Origin: Gracilinanus agilis | Lineage: Eukaryota | Assembly (NCBI RefSeq): GCF_016433145.1 | Contig: NC_058131.1 | Location: 604,607,714 to 604,671,713, forward strand | Direction of reading: 5' to 3' | Length of the DNA stretch: 64,000 nucleotides | Shown here: positions 37,121 to 48,662 of the stretch, in pieces | How the letters are laid out: each line of letters begins with the position of its first letter | How positions within the stretch are numbered: the stretch's first letter is position 1 | Position numbers and translations under genes: made by a program | The notes under the pieces: generated by a model | What the model was told of the DNA's origin: nothing | The model's database searches: none | What the model saw: the letters and a program-made list of their open reading frames with translations, nothing else

Positions 37121-39047
37121 CCCCCTTCTTTTCTAATATTTTGCTTCCTATTCTGCTAGCCAACTCTTTCTAGGGTTCTAGAAATACTTTCAGTGGATGC
37201 CCTGATATGACATTTGCAATGTCTTTTAGTCCTTAGAATCTAATTCTTGGCTCTCTAAGAATCTCCCTTAAGGTCTTCTTCTTGTTTTATCCTCTGAAGT
37301 TGGTGCTTTTGCTATTCCTAACTTTATGCTTAAATTTATTCGTTAAGCACTAATGCTTCTTACTCTCTGACTTATGTGGAATTAATGTGTGTCAGATGAG
37401 TGTTAAAGAATTTTGATTTCATTTAAAACTCCTAGAACAGGGAGGACAGGTTGACAAGTTGGCAGGGAGAAAGTGTATATGTTGAAGGGCTGGGTTGGGC
37501 ATGGATAGTGATAAATGTTTAGCACTTACTCATGATCAAGAGTGATTAGTTAATGTAAAATACCAAAGCAGCCTGGTCTGGTCTCTTTATTCTATAGTTC
37601 TTTTGTGACTGCTGTCAGTAAACCCTTCAATATTAGCTATGCATGGTTTATCTTGCTTAGGAATGTACTGGCATTCCATGGTTTATTTTTTTTTATAACA
37701 TTGCAATAAAAAAGTTTAAGAAGCATCCTACTGTGCTCTTCCCAGCATGAGGAAACCTCCTAGAACAGTGCCTTATGTTCCATGGCCACTTAACAAAAGA
37801 AGCGCAAACAAATGGACTCTGGTCCCAGGAAACGGGTGTCCTTACTGTGTGAGGGTCAATTTCTTGCAGTTTGACAAGGCGGTTCAGCTGGAAAGGTGGA
37901 GGACCTTGTTTCCCTCAGTGTCGACCCAACACAGAACCAGGGCCAAGAACAAAAATCTTTTCAAGTTCATATTGTTGGATGGAAGACAATTTCTGAGCTT
38001 TGTGAAGTTTGAATTGTTTTCAATTCCTTTGGTTGTCTTAGAGGCATTTAAGAAGCACTCATTGTGTCTTGTAAGCTTACTTGGAGCTAGAAAAATATTT
38101 TAAATTAATTTTTTTCCTCTATTGTAACTGGTTAAAATTAAGGAAAGCTGATGGAGAGGTTTAAAATATTAATAAATAGTAATCAAGGCCATCACAAGCG
38201 GGTTTCTCAATTGACTTTTTACTGGTACTTTGAATAGTGAATATCCATGAATAAATGACTTAATCATTTAATTTAAAAAACCATTATTAAGAATTTACTT
38301 TGTGCCAATTACTGTGCTAAGCCCTCAGAATACATACACAAAAATAAAGAGAGTTTTTATCACCCTCTAAGAGTTTGAATCAATATAGGAATAGAGAATA
38401 CACAGGAAGTGGCTGTGGCCAGGGAGGGATGTTTTGATTTAGAAAATTAGAGGGCATAATGAGCGGAACCATATAGAAGTAAACTGACATGTACTTTTCA
38501 GTAGAGGTGGCAGTACTAATTTGATTATAGTTCCAAAATTAGAAAAAGAGGGATCAGAGAAGAGAATAAGATCTCTGGCCAAAAGATGTCTGAGGAGTGA
38601 AATTAGTCTCTCTGTGGGTTGTGCTAGAGTTTCAAGTCTTAAGTCTTCTAAAGTATTGTCTTAAAGTTATAAGTTGAAGGAATTTTAAGGAAATCCCAAG
38701 ATTTCTCTGACCTGAAGATTGGAGAGTGCATTATAAAGCTTCATAAAGTAATTCTCCATGGGTTCCCAGAATTACAGAATGTTAGAGATGGAAGGAATCT
38801 TCGAGATTTTACCATGTCATCCCTTAAATTTACAGAGTAAAGGCCAAAGGAGGGAAAATGACTTGCTTAAAGTCAAGTGGCTGGTTAGTGACAGACTTGA
38901 GAAAAGAACCCAAGTGTCCTAACCCAACATCCAGTGTTCTTTCCACTGTATCAAGATACCTGGATGGTGTGGAAGATTTGTTTCTCTAATCCTACAGAAA
39001 TCATAAAGTTGTTTTCTTTCTGTAACAGTAAAGTCTATATTGATGGA

Positions 39048-39225
39048 GTGACTAGGTTGCTGAGTAGATAGTCAGACTTGGAAACAGGAGGTCCCGGGTT
39101 CAAAATCTGGCCTCAGATACTTCCTAGCTATGTCACCCTAGACAAGTCACTTAACCCCAATTGCCTAGCCATTGCTGCTCATCTTAGAATCAATACTAAG
39201 ACAAAAGTTTAGTGTTTAAAATAAA
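39048..39225 (+). mobile_element. SINE1_Mdo-like SINE
   Basis: gactaggttgctgagtagatag...caggaggtcccgggttcaaa...aagtcacttaaccccaattgcctagcc. Confidence 0.8.
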
Positions 39226-40419
39226 AAAGACTATGTTGATATGCCTACAGATTGGGAATGGGAAAATTATCATGATATACCATACAAAGTTAAAGTTAAA
39301 CTTCATTCTTAATATATTTGAGCTAAAAATAATTCAGTAGTATATTATTGTCTTGAATATAACACTAATCTAGAATATTTTCTTGAAAAGTTGAATTTAT
39401 AAAAGTCTTTTTTGAGATGAGAACACCTTAAGATGCTGAAATGTTTGCATTTCATGGAATGGATAGAAAGTGCTGTCTTTTCATTTTCCTGGGATTTAAC
39501 TACATTTCATTCCGATTACAAAAGGAACAGGAAGACCACAAAAGGTTTGGTTTGCAATGCACCCAAAAACTTGGCATGTGATGTATGCCTTAGTGGAAAA
39601 TTCAACAACAAAAACCTTATTTTTGCTATTTCAGCACATCTCTGCTGTTGTTTTCTTGCTCTAGAAATTTGATATGTTTTAAAGATAGCCTTGATATTTT
39701 CCCAAATAGGACAATGAAAGGATTTAACTTCTTAAGGACTTGCTCATTTTTTGAAAGGGGTAAGGTAAAGACGGAAGAGAAGAGGGCAAATTGTATATTA
39801 TACAAAGAATGGTCATTAGCTAATTCATAGTAGACAAACCCTATTCTGGATAGAAGACATATAGCCCTTGCCTTCAAATTGCTTACCTTCTAACAGAGGA
39901 GATACCACATAAAGGAGAATGATAGCCAAGAAGTGTTTGGATTTGGAAAGGCACAGCAATGATAAATGAAGCCACAGAAGAGTTGCATGACATGCCCTTT
40001 CCAAGACAAATGACATTGTTCTAGGTTCCTGGGAAGCTAACAGGACGAATGTCAAGAAGAGCCGGATAGATATACCTCTTTTCAGTTACTTCCTTTTGCA
40101 AGCCTCCAAGTGGCACAGTTGATAGAACACTGGGTCTGCAAATCAAGAAAACCTGAGTAGAAAATCAGCCTCAGACATGTATAAGCCATGTGACCCTGGG
40201 CTTTACATCTTTACTCTACCTCTATTTGCCTTAGTTTCCTTATGTGCAAAATGGGCATAATAATAGTATCTCCCTCAAAGGATTGTTGTGAAGATGTGTG
40301 AATTAGAGAATAGAATAACTCAACGGGGCCATCTCAAAAACTTTATTGGAAATTATGTTGACAATTATAGGGTTAGGTTTCTCTTTTTTAGTTTTTAGAT
40401 CAGAAAAGGAGGTTTTTTT

Positions 40420-40882
40420 TTGTTGTTGTTTTCATCATCCAATTATTTTTCAGTCATGTCCAACTCTCTGTGACCCCATTTGGTTTCTTTTTTTACCTTC
40501 CATCTTAGAATCAATAATACATATTGGTTCTAAAGCAGAAGATCAGTAAGGGCTAGGCAATGGGGGTTAAGTGAATTACCCAGGGTCATACAACTAGAAA
40601 GTGTCTGAAGTCAGATTTGAAACCAGGACCTCCCATTTCTGGGCCTGGCTCTCAAATCACTAAGCCACTTAGCTGCCCTGCTGTAGTTTTCTTGGCAAAG
40701 ATACTGGATTGCTTTGCCATTTCATTACCTAGTTCATTTGATAGATAAGGAAATTGAGACAAACAGGGTTAAGTGCCTTGCCCAGAGTCACATAGCCAAA
40801 AAATATCTGAGGCCAGATTCGAACTCAGAATCTTTTGTCTCAAAGCCTGGCACAACTATCCTCTGCATCACCTAGCTGCCCC
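40420..40882 (-). mobile_element. MAR1-like SINE containing a nested SINE1-like element (~40485-40680, -)
   Basis: MAR1 tail cagtcatgtccaactctctgtgaccccatttgg is separated from gttttcttggcaaagatactgg by a complete SINE1-like copy. Confidence 0.85.
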
Positions 40883-41205
40883 TGAAAAGGCAATTAGGCA
40901 GTAGTAAATATTAAGATAATCCTTTTGTAATCCTGTTTTGATGGGGAAATGGAATAAGTCTCTTTTAAGAGGCAAGCTGGTTGTAAACTATTCTACTAAC
41001 TTAAGTAATGATCACCTATCTGTATCTAGCCTTATCTCTGGTAACTTTGCAACAGAGGTTATGATGTGTTTGATATGCACCCCTTTTAGCAGTCTGAAGA
41101 AGCCCAGAAATTACTTGTCAGAAATGGTTTTAAATGTATAAAACAAAGTTAGTAAGTTTATAAAGAAAATAAATTATATCAAAATAATTACCAAGTTTTT
41201 TTTTT

Positions 41206-41386
41206 AATTTTAAACCCTTAACTTCTGTGATTTGACTTATAGGTGGAAGAGTGATAAGGGTAGGCAATGGGGGTCAAGTGACTTGCCCAAGGTCACACAG
41301 CTGGGAAGTGTCTGAGGCCAGATTTGAACCTAGGACCTCCCGTCTCTAGGCCTGGCTCTCAATCCACTGAGCTACCCAGCTGCCCC
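41206..41386 (-). mobile_element. Young SINE1_Mdo-like SINE (tail type B)
   Basis: taaacccttaacttctgtgatttgacttataggtggaagagtg...ctgagctacccagctgcccc. TSD CCAAG(T)10 on both sides. Confidence 0.92.
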
Positions 41387-41643
41387 CCAAGTTTTTTTTT
41401 TTTTAAGTTCACAGACCTCAACTTAAAGATCTCTGACTTAACAGAGAGACTACTGACCACCTTATCCTATTAGATTTAAGAAGAGGGTTGATTTTGCAGA
41501 GGCTTCCAAGGGTACATATTCCTATTCACTTCCTTCTCAACTCTTAACTTATATTGTTTAGAGGTCTTTCAGGTTGAAAGATTATATAAATTAAGCCACT
41601 TTTTTTTTATTGTCAGGTATCTTCTTTCATAGAAGGACTGTAT

Positions 41644-42035
41644 CAGAGGTACCAAACTCACAGCCTTCAGGAACTAGATTAAAATATACTTGGGAAATAT
41701 TTAACAAAACAAATAAAAGGGGGCAGTGGGATGGCTCAGTGTACTGAGAACCAGGCCTAGAAACAGGAGGTCCTAGGTCCAAATCTAACCTTAGACACTT
41801 CCTAGCTATGTGACCCTGGGCAAGTCACTTCATCCCCACTGCCTAGCCCTTACCACTCTTCTGCCTTGGAGCCAATACACAGTATTGACTCCAAGACAGA
41901 AGGTAAGGGTTAAAAAAAACACAAATAAATAAATAAAATAAAATAAAAACACAACATAGGCAATGTTAACTTATTGTTTTCCAAGTCAATGGGTAGACCT
42001 CAGAGCTGACTTTCTACTTGATTTGATAGTACTTG
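41644..42035. mobile_element. Old hAT-like MITE interrupted by a young SINE1 (41719-~41945, +, tail type A)
   Basis: Left end CAGAGGTACCAAACTCA, degenerate right end TGATTTGATAGTACTTG, internal actagattaaaatatacttgggaaatatttaacaaa. Confidence 0.6.
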
Positions 42036-42339
42036 ACTAGATAATAATAGATATGATGATATTGCTCTGTTGAATAGTTCTTCTGAGTCATTTAGGTCAT
42101 CTGGGTTTATTCATAAGAGCAAACATTCCCCTTGAAATCTAGTTGCCTTCACAGGAACTATCTTTAAGTGTGAAACATTCAGCCTTCTCTAGAAAGTAAG
42201 CTGTGAAGTTATTTTAAAGTGGGAGACCTATGTTCTTAATTTTATTATACCTTAAAATATATACTAGCTAGCTAGTAAATATACATAGTTTGATAGAGAA
42301 TATGTAATAATCTATATTAGTGAATAAGGTTATTGGTTT

Positions 42340-42545
42340 TTTCTTATAAAACCCTTACTTTGTCTTAAAATCAATACTAAATATTGGTTCCAAGGCAGAA
42401 GAATGGTAAAGGACTAGGCAATTGGAGTTAAATGACTTGCCTAGGGTCATATAGCTAGGAAGTATCTAAGACCAGATTTGAACCCAGGAATTCCTGTTTC
42501 CAGGTCTGGCTCTCTATTCACTGAATCACCTAACGGTCCCTAAGA
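42340..42545 (-). mobile_element. SINE1_Mdo-like SINE
   Basis: aaacccttactttgtcttaaaatcaatact...ttggttccaaggcagaag...tcactgaatcacctaacggtccc. Confidence 0.85.
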
Positions 42546-42614
42546 TTGTTATTTTGACAATTTAATGTTAAAAAGTGAAGTTGACTAAGAAAATCATTAA
42601 CTAATTTATTCTTT

Positions 42615-42617
<3 letters not shown>

Positions 42618-42652
<35 letters not shown>

Positions 42653-42654
42653 AC
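42618..42654. repeat. (CA)n microsatellite
   Basis: Read directly from the sequence. Confidence 0.97.
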
Positions 42655-43639
42655 GGCTTGTCCTTTTGATCATTCACATAGTAGTGACTGAAATTGCCAG
42701 CATAGTAAAGAAGTAAGTCATTCCACATATGCTAACTCCACAAATCCAAACCAATATCTGGATCAATCAGCATTATTTCATAAAACCATTTGTGAGGCAA
42801 TAAGAAATATGTCATAGGCCTTAACCTCAAGGAATTTATAATCTAGTTAAAGAGATAAAGTATAAATATCTAAAAACATAATTTATAGAATGAGGTTATA
42901 TAGTTAAAGGAATAATGGTTGGAGATTATAATAAAAAGCAAGAGTGCATAGCAGCACATTACTGAAAAATGACAGATAATAAATGACATAGGAATTTAGA
43001 GAAAGGAAAAGTCACTGTGGATCTGAAAAAATCAGAGAGTGATCATGAACTGGCCCATGAAAGATAAGTAGGATTTCTGTTTATCATTTGAGAAAAATGT
43101 GAAATATGGAGTTAGGATAAATGTATTTCTTTAATGATATATAATTCTTTAACTTAATGACGTTGTAAAAATTAGCATCATCTTACTTCAGTGATTGAAA
43201 AGATCAATGCTTTCATCAGTATGGCTACTCCCTTCTTTAACAATTTGGATTGCACACCTTCCAAGCTTTAGTATGTAGTCATCTGTTGATATGATCCCAA
43301 AAATCCATCATCTGAGGTCTAACCTTTTGGCAATAGCAATTATTCATTCATTCATTCATTCATTCATTTATTTGTTTATTTATTTATTTGTTTATTTATT
43401 TATTTGTGATAGAATATAAATATAAATTATATGTTATTAAAATATGTGTATTTATATAATCATAAAATTTATTCATAAAATAGAGTTGAATTCATTGAAA
43501 AATATTCATTTTTATGAACTTGTCAGTGATTTGCTAGCCTCTATAGAATACCAACTGACTTGAATTAGCTGGCATATTCTAAGTTTCAATATGTGGGTGA
43601 TTTGAAGAAAATTGCCTTGTTTGTCTTCCTCACTGTTCT

Positions 43640-44035
43640 AGAAAAAAACTCTGGATTTGAAGTCAGAGCACTTCATTTGAATCTTATCTCTGCTATTTAT
43701 TAGCTATATATCTTGTGGCAAGTTACTTAGTCTTACTGAGTCTCTGTAGTTTATCCATCTGTGAAACGTGGGAGTCAGGATTACATGACCTCTAAGGTCC
43801 CTTCTGGGACAACTAGTACCTAGAATGAGGAAGACTGCTCTTCTAGAGTTTCAAGTCCGGCCTCAAGAGCTTAGTGACCCTAGGAAAACCATTTAACCTT
43901 TTTTGCCTCAGTTTCCTTATCTATAAAATGAATTGGAGAAGAGAATTACAAAACACTCCAGTATCTTTGCCAAGAAAAACCCAAATGGAGTCATGAAGAG
44001 TCAGAGATGACTGAAACAACTGAATAACAACAAAT
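43640..44035 (+). mobile_element. MIR3 remnant followed by a MAR1-like SINE
   Basis: ctggatttgaagtcagag...gacctctaaggtcccttct, then gtatctttgccaagaaaaacccaaatggagtcatgaagagtcagagatgactgaaacaactgaa. Confidence 0.8.
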
Positions 44036-44047
44036 GGTCCCTTTAAG

Positions 44048-44751
44048 GCTTTAAAAGACTGCCTGCCCTTTGATCCAACTATACCGATGCTGGGTTTATA
44101 CCCCAAAGAGATAATAAGGAAAAAGAATTGTACAAAAATATTTATAGCCACGCTCTTTGTGGTGGAAAAAAAATTGGAAAATGAGGGGATGCTCTTCGAT
44201 TGGGGAATGGCTGAACAAATTGTGGTATCTGTTGGTGATGGAATACTATTGTGCTCAAAGGAATAATAAACTGAAGGAATTTCATGTGAACTGGAAAGAC
44301 CTCCAGGAATTGATGCAAAGTGAAAGGAGCAGAGCCAGAAGAACATTGTACACAGAGACTGATATACTGTGGTAAAATCGAATGTAATGGAGTTCTGTAC
44401 TAGCAGCAATGCAGTGATCCAGAACAATTCTGAAGGACTTATGAGAAAGAATGTTATTCACATCCAGAGAAAGAACTGTGGGAATAGAAACTCAGAAGAA
44501 AAACAAATGCTTGATGACATGGGTTGATGGGGACATGATTGGGGATGTAAACTCTAAGCAATCACCCAAATGCAAATATTAATAATATGGAAATAGGTCT
44601 TGATCAATGACACATGTAAAACCCAGTGGAATTACTCATTGGCTATGGGGGATGGAGAGAAGGAAAGAACATGAATCTTGTAACCATGGGAAAATATTCT
44701 AAATTAATTAATTAAATGAAAATTTTCAATTTTAAAATTAATTTTTAAAAA
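44048..44751 (+). mobile_element. 5'-truncated L1 3' end (opossum-type), about 700 bp
   Basis: gactgcctgccctttgatcc...ggggaatggctgaacaaattgtggtat...ccatgggaaaatattctaaatt. 12-bp TSD GGTCCCTTTAAG at 44036-44047 and 44752-44763. Confidence 0.9.
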
Positions 44752-45183
44752 GGTCCCTTTAAGATCTGAATCTATGATCATATGATTTTTTTAAACAGTA
44801 ATGATTCTCAATATAATTTTATGGAAAATGAATGTGTAATTCAGAATACATGTCTTTTAAGAAATGTCTCATTGTAGTAAAAAGACTCTTAACTTTCTTT
44901 TGTTGTCTATTTGTTATCTATTGTTGGGAAGAAAAAGGTCAGAATTTACGAGATACCTATTCTTTGATTTCTTGTAAGAAAAATGAAGTCCTAACATGTA
45001 CTTAAGAAACAGAACAAATTATAATCAACTTAAACTTTTTATAATAATAATTATAGCAGATAGTCTATATGTGTGTTTATATTTATATATATATGTATAT
45101 ATAACTTTCAATGTTGGCAAAGCACTGTATATATTATCTCATCTTATATTCTTCATAACTCTCATTTCCCTCCATGTTTACAG

Positions 45184-45256
45184 ACAACTTCAGCAACAAC
45201 AGGCCGAACTAGAAGTACACCAGAGAGATGGATTGTCATCATATGACTTATCTCAG
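45184..45256 (+). CDS. ARNT2: ARNT2 coding exon (exon 13 equivalent), 73 nt
   Basis: tttacAG|A CAA CTT...TCT CAG|GTGAA. Translates (K)QLQQQQAELEVHQRDGLSSYDLSQ. Its phase-2 start matches the previous exon. Confidence 0.97.
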
Positions 45257-45439
45257 GTGAATTTCAACCTAGCCCTTTATCCTTTTTATTTATCTTTAAA
45301 ACAGCAATGGAACATCTCCAGGCTATATGTTAGAATCATTTCCAAACTTCATTTTATCTTTCTAAGGGATGTTATTGCTTTGGCCACCCTTTATTTGGAG
45401 GAGAGAATTGGGAATTCAAAATGTTAGAAAACAAGTACT

Positions 45440-45635
45440 GGGAGAGCTAGGTGGCTCAGTAGAAAGAGAACCAGGGCTAAAGAGGGAGGTCCTGGGTTCA
45501 AATGTGGCCTCAGATACTTCCTAGTTATGGGGCTCAACCTCAGTTAATTAAATATCATGTACGTAATCCCAATTGCCTAGCTTTACCATCATTCTGCCTT
45601 AGAACTGATATGCAGCATTGATTCTAAGATGAAGG
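45440..45635 (+). mobile_element. SINE1_Mdo-like SINE running into the gap
   Basis: gagctaggtggctcagtagaaagagaaccagg...ccatcattctgccttagaac...gattctaagatgaagg. Confidence 0.85.
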
Positions 45636-46192
45636 NNNNNNNNNNNNNNNNNNNNNNNNNNNNNNNNNNNNNNNNNNNNNNNNNNNNNNNNNNNNNNNNN
45701 NNNNNNNNNNNNNNNNNNNNNNNNNNNNNNNNNNNNNNNNNNNNNNNNNNNNNNNNNNNNNNNNNNNNNNNNNNNNNNNNNNNNNNNNNNNNNNNNNNNN
45801 NNNNNNNNNNNNNNNNNNNNNNNNNNNNNNNNNNNNNNNNNNNNNNNNNNNNNNNNNNNNNNNNNNNNNNNNNNNNNNNNNNNNNNNNNNNNNNNNNNNN
45901 NNNNNNNNNNNNNNNNNNNNNNNNNNNNNNNNNNNNNNNNNNNNNNNNNNNNNNNNNNNNNNNNNNNNNNNNNNNNNNNNNNNNNNNNNNNNNNNNNNNN
46001 NNNNNNNNNNNNNNNNNNNNNNNNNNNNNNNNNNNNNNNNNNNNNNNNNNNNNNNNNNNNNNNNNNNNNNNNNNNNNNNNNNNNNNNNNNNNNNNNNNNN
46101 NNNNNNNNNNNNNNNNNNNNNNNNNNNNNNNNNNNNNNNNNNNNNNNNNNNNNNNNNNNNNNNNNNNNNNNNNNNNNNNNNNNNNNNNNNNN
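45636..46192. other. Assembly gap (557 N), probably hiding ARNT2 exon 14
   Basis: N run. It is the only unsequenced interval between exons 13 and 15. Confidence 0.95.
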
Positions 46193-46248
46193 TAAAAATA
46201 AACTGCTAAATAGCTTGGAATGAAGGAAAAGATTCCCCACTGGTTCTC

Positions 46249-46261
46249 CCAGCAGGGGGCA
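46249..46261 (+). promoter_or_regulatory. Candidate CTCF core motif
   Basis: CCAGCAGGGGGCA fits the CC(A/G)(C/G)(C/T)AG(A/G)(G/T)GGC core. Motif match only. Confidence 0.45.
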
Positions 46262-47007
46262 AAGTTCCAGCCTATGAGACATCCATACAACTTAACGTTT
46301 CCCTGCTGCCTGCTCCCAGTCCCTTTTGTTATGTTTATTTGCTTGAAAGATTGGATGTTCTGGGACTTCCCCTGTTGTGAGACCAGAACCCAAGCAGGGC
46401 AACTCAATTCCCACTCCAGGCTCTGGAGCCTGAAACGACAGGAGCCCAAGCACAGTGGTTCAGTTCTCACCCCAGGCCCTGGAGCTTGAACCCAGGACAG
46501 TCCTGCTTTAATGGGACTTCCAGAAATTCTGATGCTTGAAGAGAATGGGTGAGGTCTCAGGCCTCAGCAGGCTCTGAGTTCAGCTGAAGGACAAACCCCA
46601 AGTTCTGAAGAATGCCAGTGTTCTTACTTTCTACCCCAGTATATAGTACAGTTTCTAACACTGGTGCTGAGGGAACAGCTCATGAAACCTAATCAGGTAT
46701 TCTTAATTATTTGTTTAAGGCTAAGAAGAGAAAATTCCCAGAAGACCTGTAATAAAATATCAAATAAAAACAAGAGGGAAGCTTTGAGTGTATATAGCTT
46801 CAGCATTTTTGATCCTAAACTTTTTTTCTTGTAGTTTTTTTAATGGAAAAAAATGGAAAAAATCTAGAAAAGAAAACTAGAAATGCAATAAAGGGCTAAA
46901 ATCTTATTTCAGATGATAGGATTTTTAAAATGAAGTGACTTTTGATATTATGTGCCTCAAATCTACTACCCACCTGTTTTACAGATTAGAAAATTAATGA
47001 TCTAGGA

Positions 47008-47215
47008 TAGTGATAGGCAAACTACGGCCCAGGGGCCAGATGTGGCCCCCACCTTGAAATGTTCTATCTGGCTGCCCGACATTATTCCTAATCTGACAAA
47101 TACAATGAGTAGGATACAATACAATGAAACTTCAAAAGAGTTGCCTTAGAAACAGACTGACAGATGAGCATTTCCTTTCCTTTGGCCCCCTCTTTAAAAA
47201 GTTTGACCATCGCTG
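47008..47215. mobile_element. hAT-Charlie MITE (OposCharlie/OC1-like), copy 1, 208 bp
   Basis: TIRs TAGTGATAGGCAAACT / AGTTTGACCATCGCTG. Perfect 8-bp TSD ATCTAGGA at 47000-47007 and 47216-47223. Confidence 0.9.
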
Positions 47216-48167
47216 ATCTAGGAGAAACAAATTTTTCTTGACTATAGACCCTCTGATTCCAGATCCAGAGCTCTGTCTAAAAGCTAGCATCGTATAAAGG
47301 AAAGACTCACAAATGCTTAATATTCCAGCATGCACAGAATATACATCATTTCCACAGACTTGGTCCAGTAAAAAAAGATTTGGAGTGAAAGCACCAGCAT
47401 TCAATGATGAGATCTTAGACAAATTATAAAAATGGTTATTGATAGTAGTGATAATAGTAGTGGTAATAATGAGATAACATTTCTAAGATGCTTATCATAT
47501 GATTATATGGTTCCGAGGGACTTTCACTTGTTTATTTGGGTTTATGTTTTTGGATTTTGATTTTATAAGAATATTCACTTTAAAAAATGAATAATATGGA
47601 AATATGTTTGGGGGATAATACATATATAACCCAGATTGAATTGCTTGTCAGCTCCTGGAGCGGGGAGGAAAGAAGGGTGGGAGACAATATGGATCATATA
47701 ACTTCAGAAAACTTATGTGGAAATTTGCTATTAAAATAAAAAAAGTTTAATGCTTATCACAGTGCCTGGCACATCATAAATGCTATAGAAATGTTAGATA
47801 GTTGTAGTAGCAGTAGTAGTGGTGGTAGTGGTAGCTGCAGCAGCAATATTGTTGTGCAGTCATTTCACTCATGTCTGACTCTGTGATCTCATTTGGTGTT
47901 TTCTCTGAAATTGTTTGCCATTTCCTTCTCTAGCTCATTTTACATATGAGGAAACTGAGGCAAGCAGGCTTAAGAGACTTGCCCAGGTCACATAGCAAGT
48001 AAATAAGTATCTGAAGCTTGATTTTTAACTGCGGTCTTCCTGACTGTGCTGTCCCTACCCCACAAGAGTTTAGGACCATACATAAATCATCAGCGTTTCT
48101 ATATATTTCCAACAAAACTCAGCAGCAGGAGTTAGAAAGAGAAACTCCATTTAAAATCACTCTAGAC

Positions 48168-48354
48168 CAGTGATGGGCAAACTACAGCCCGTGGGCCAGA
48201 TGGGGCCCTCCTGAAATGTTCTATCCAGCCACTGGGACATTATTCCTGACGGATACAATACAACAAAACTTCGAAAGAATTGCCTTAGAAATGGACTGAC
48301 AGAGGAGCATTTCCTTTCCTTTGGCCCCCTCTTTAAAAAGTTTCCCCATCACTG
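48168..48354. mobile_element. hAT-Charlie MITE (OposCharlie/OC1-like), copy 2, 187 bp, inserted in L1 ORF2
   Basis: TIRs CAGTGATGGGCAAACT / AGTTTCCCCATCACTG. Perfect 8-bp TSD CTCTAGAC at 48160-48167 and 48355-48362. Confidence 0.92.
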
Positions 48355-48457
48355 CTCTAGACAATACAAAATATTTAGGAATCTGTCTGCCAGAACAAAC
48401 ACAGGAATTATATGAACACAACAAAAAACACTTTTTACACAATTAAAACTACATATA

Positions 48458-48662
48458 GGGGGCAGCTGGGTAGCTCAGTGGATTGAGAACCAGGCCTAGA
48501 GACGGGAGGTCCTAGGTTCAAATCTAGTCTCAGACACTTCCCAGCTGTGTGACCCTGGGCAAGTCACTTGACCCCCATTGCCTACCTTTACCACTCTTCT
48601 GCCTTGGAGCCAATACACAGTATTAACTCCAAGAGGTAAGGGTTTTATTTAAAAAAAAAAAA
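48458..48662 (+). mobile_element. Young SINE1_Mdo-like SINE (tail type A) inside L1
   Basis: gggggcagctgggtagctcagtggattgagaaccaggcctagagacggg...gccttggagccaatacacagtattaactccaag. Confidence 0.92.

Noticed and set aside
44996-45427. 143-aa ORF; likewise ORFs 23549-23758 and 52725-52925
   Set aside because: Each is an ARNT2 exon plus chance intronic read-through, not an independent gene.
46640-46696. 57-nt segment with AG/GT ends, considered as a substitute exon 14
   Set aside because: No convincing similarity to ARNT2 exon 14. A multiple of three cannot fix the phase 0 to phase 1 change, and it has a stop in the phase-1 frame.
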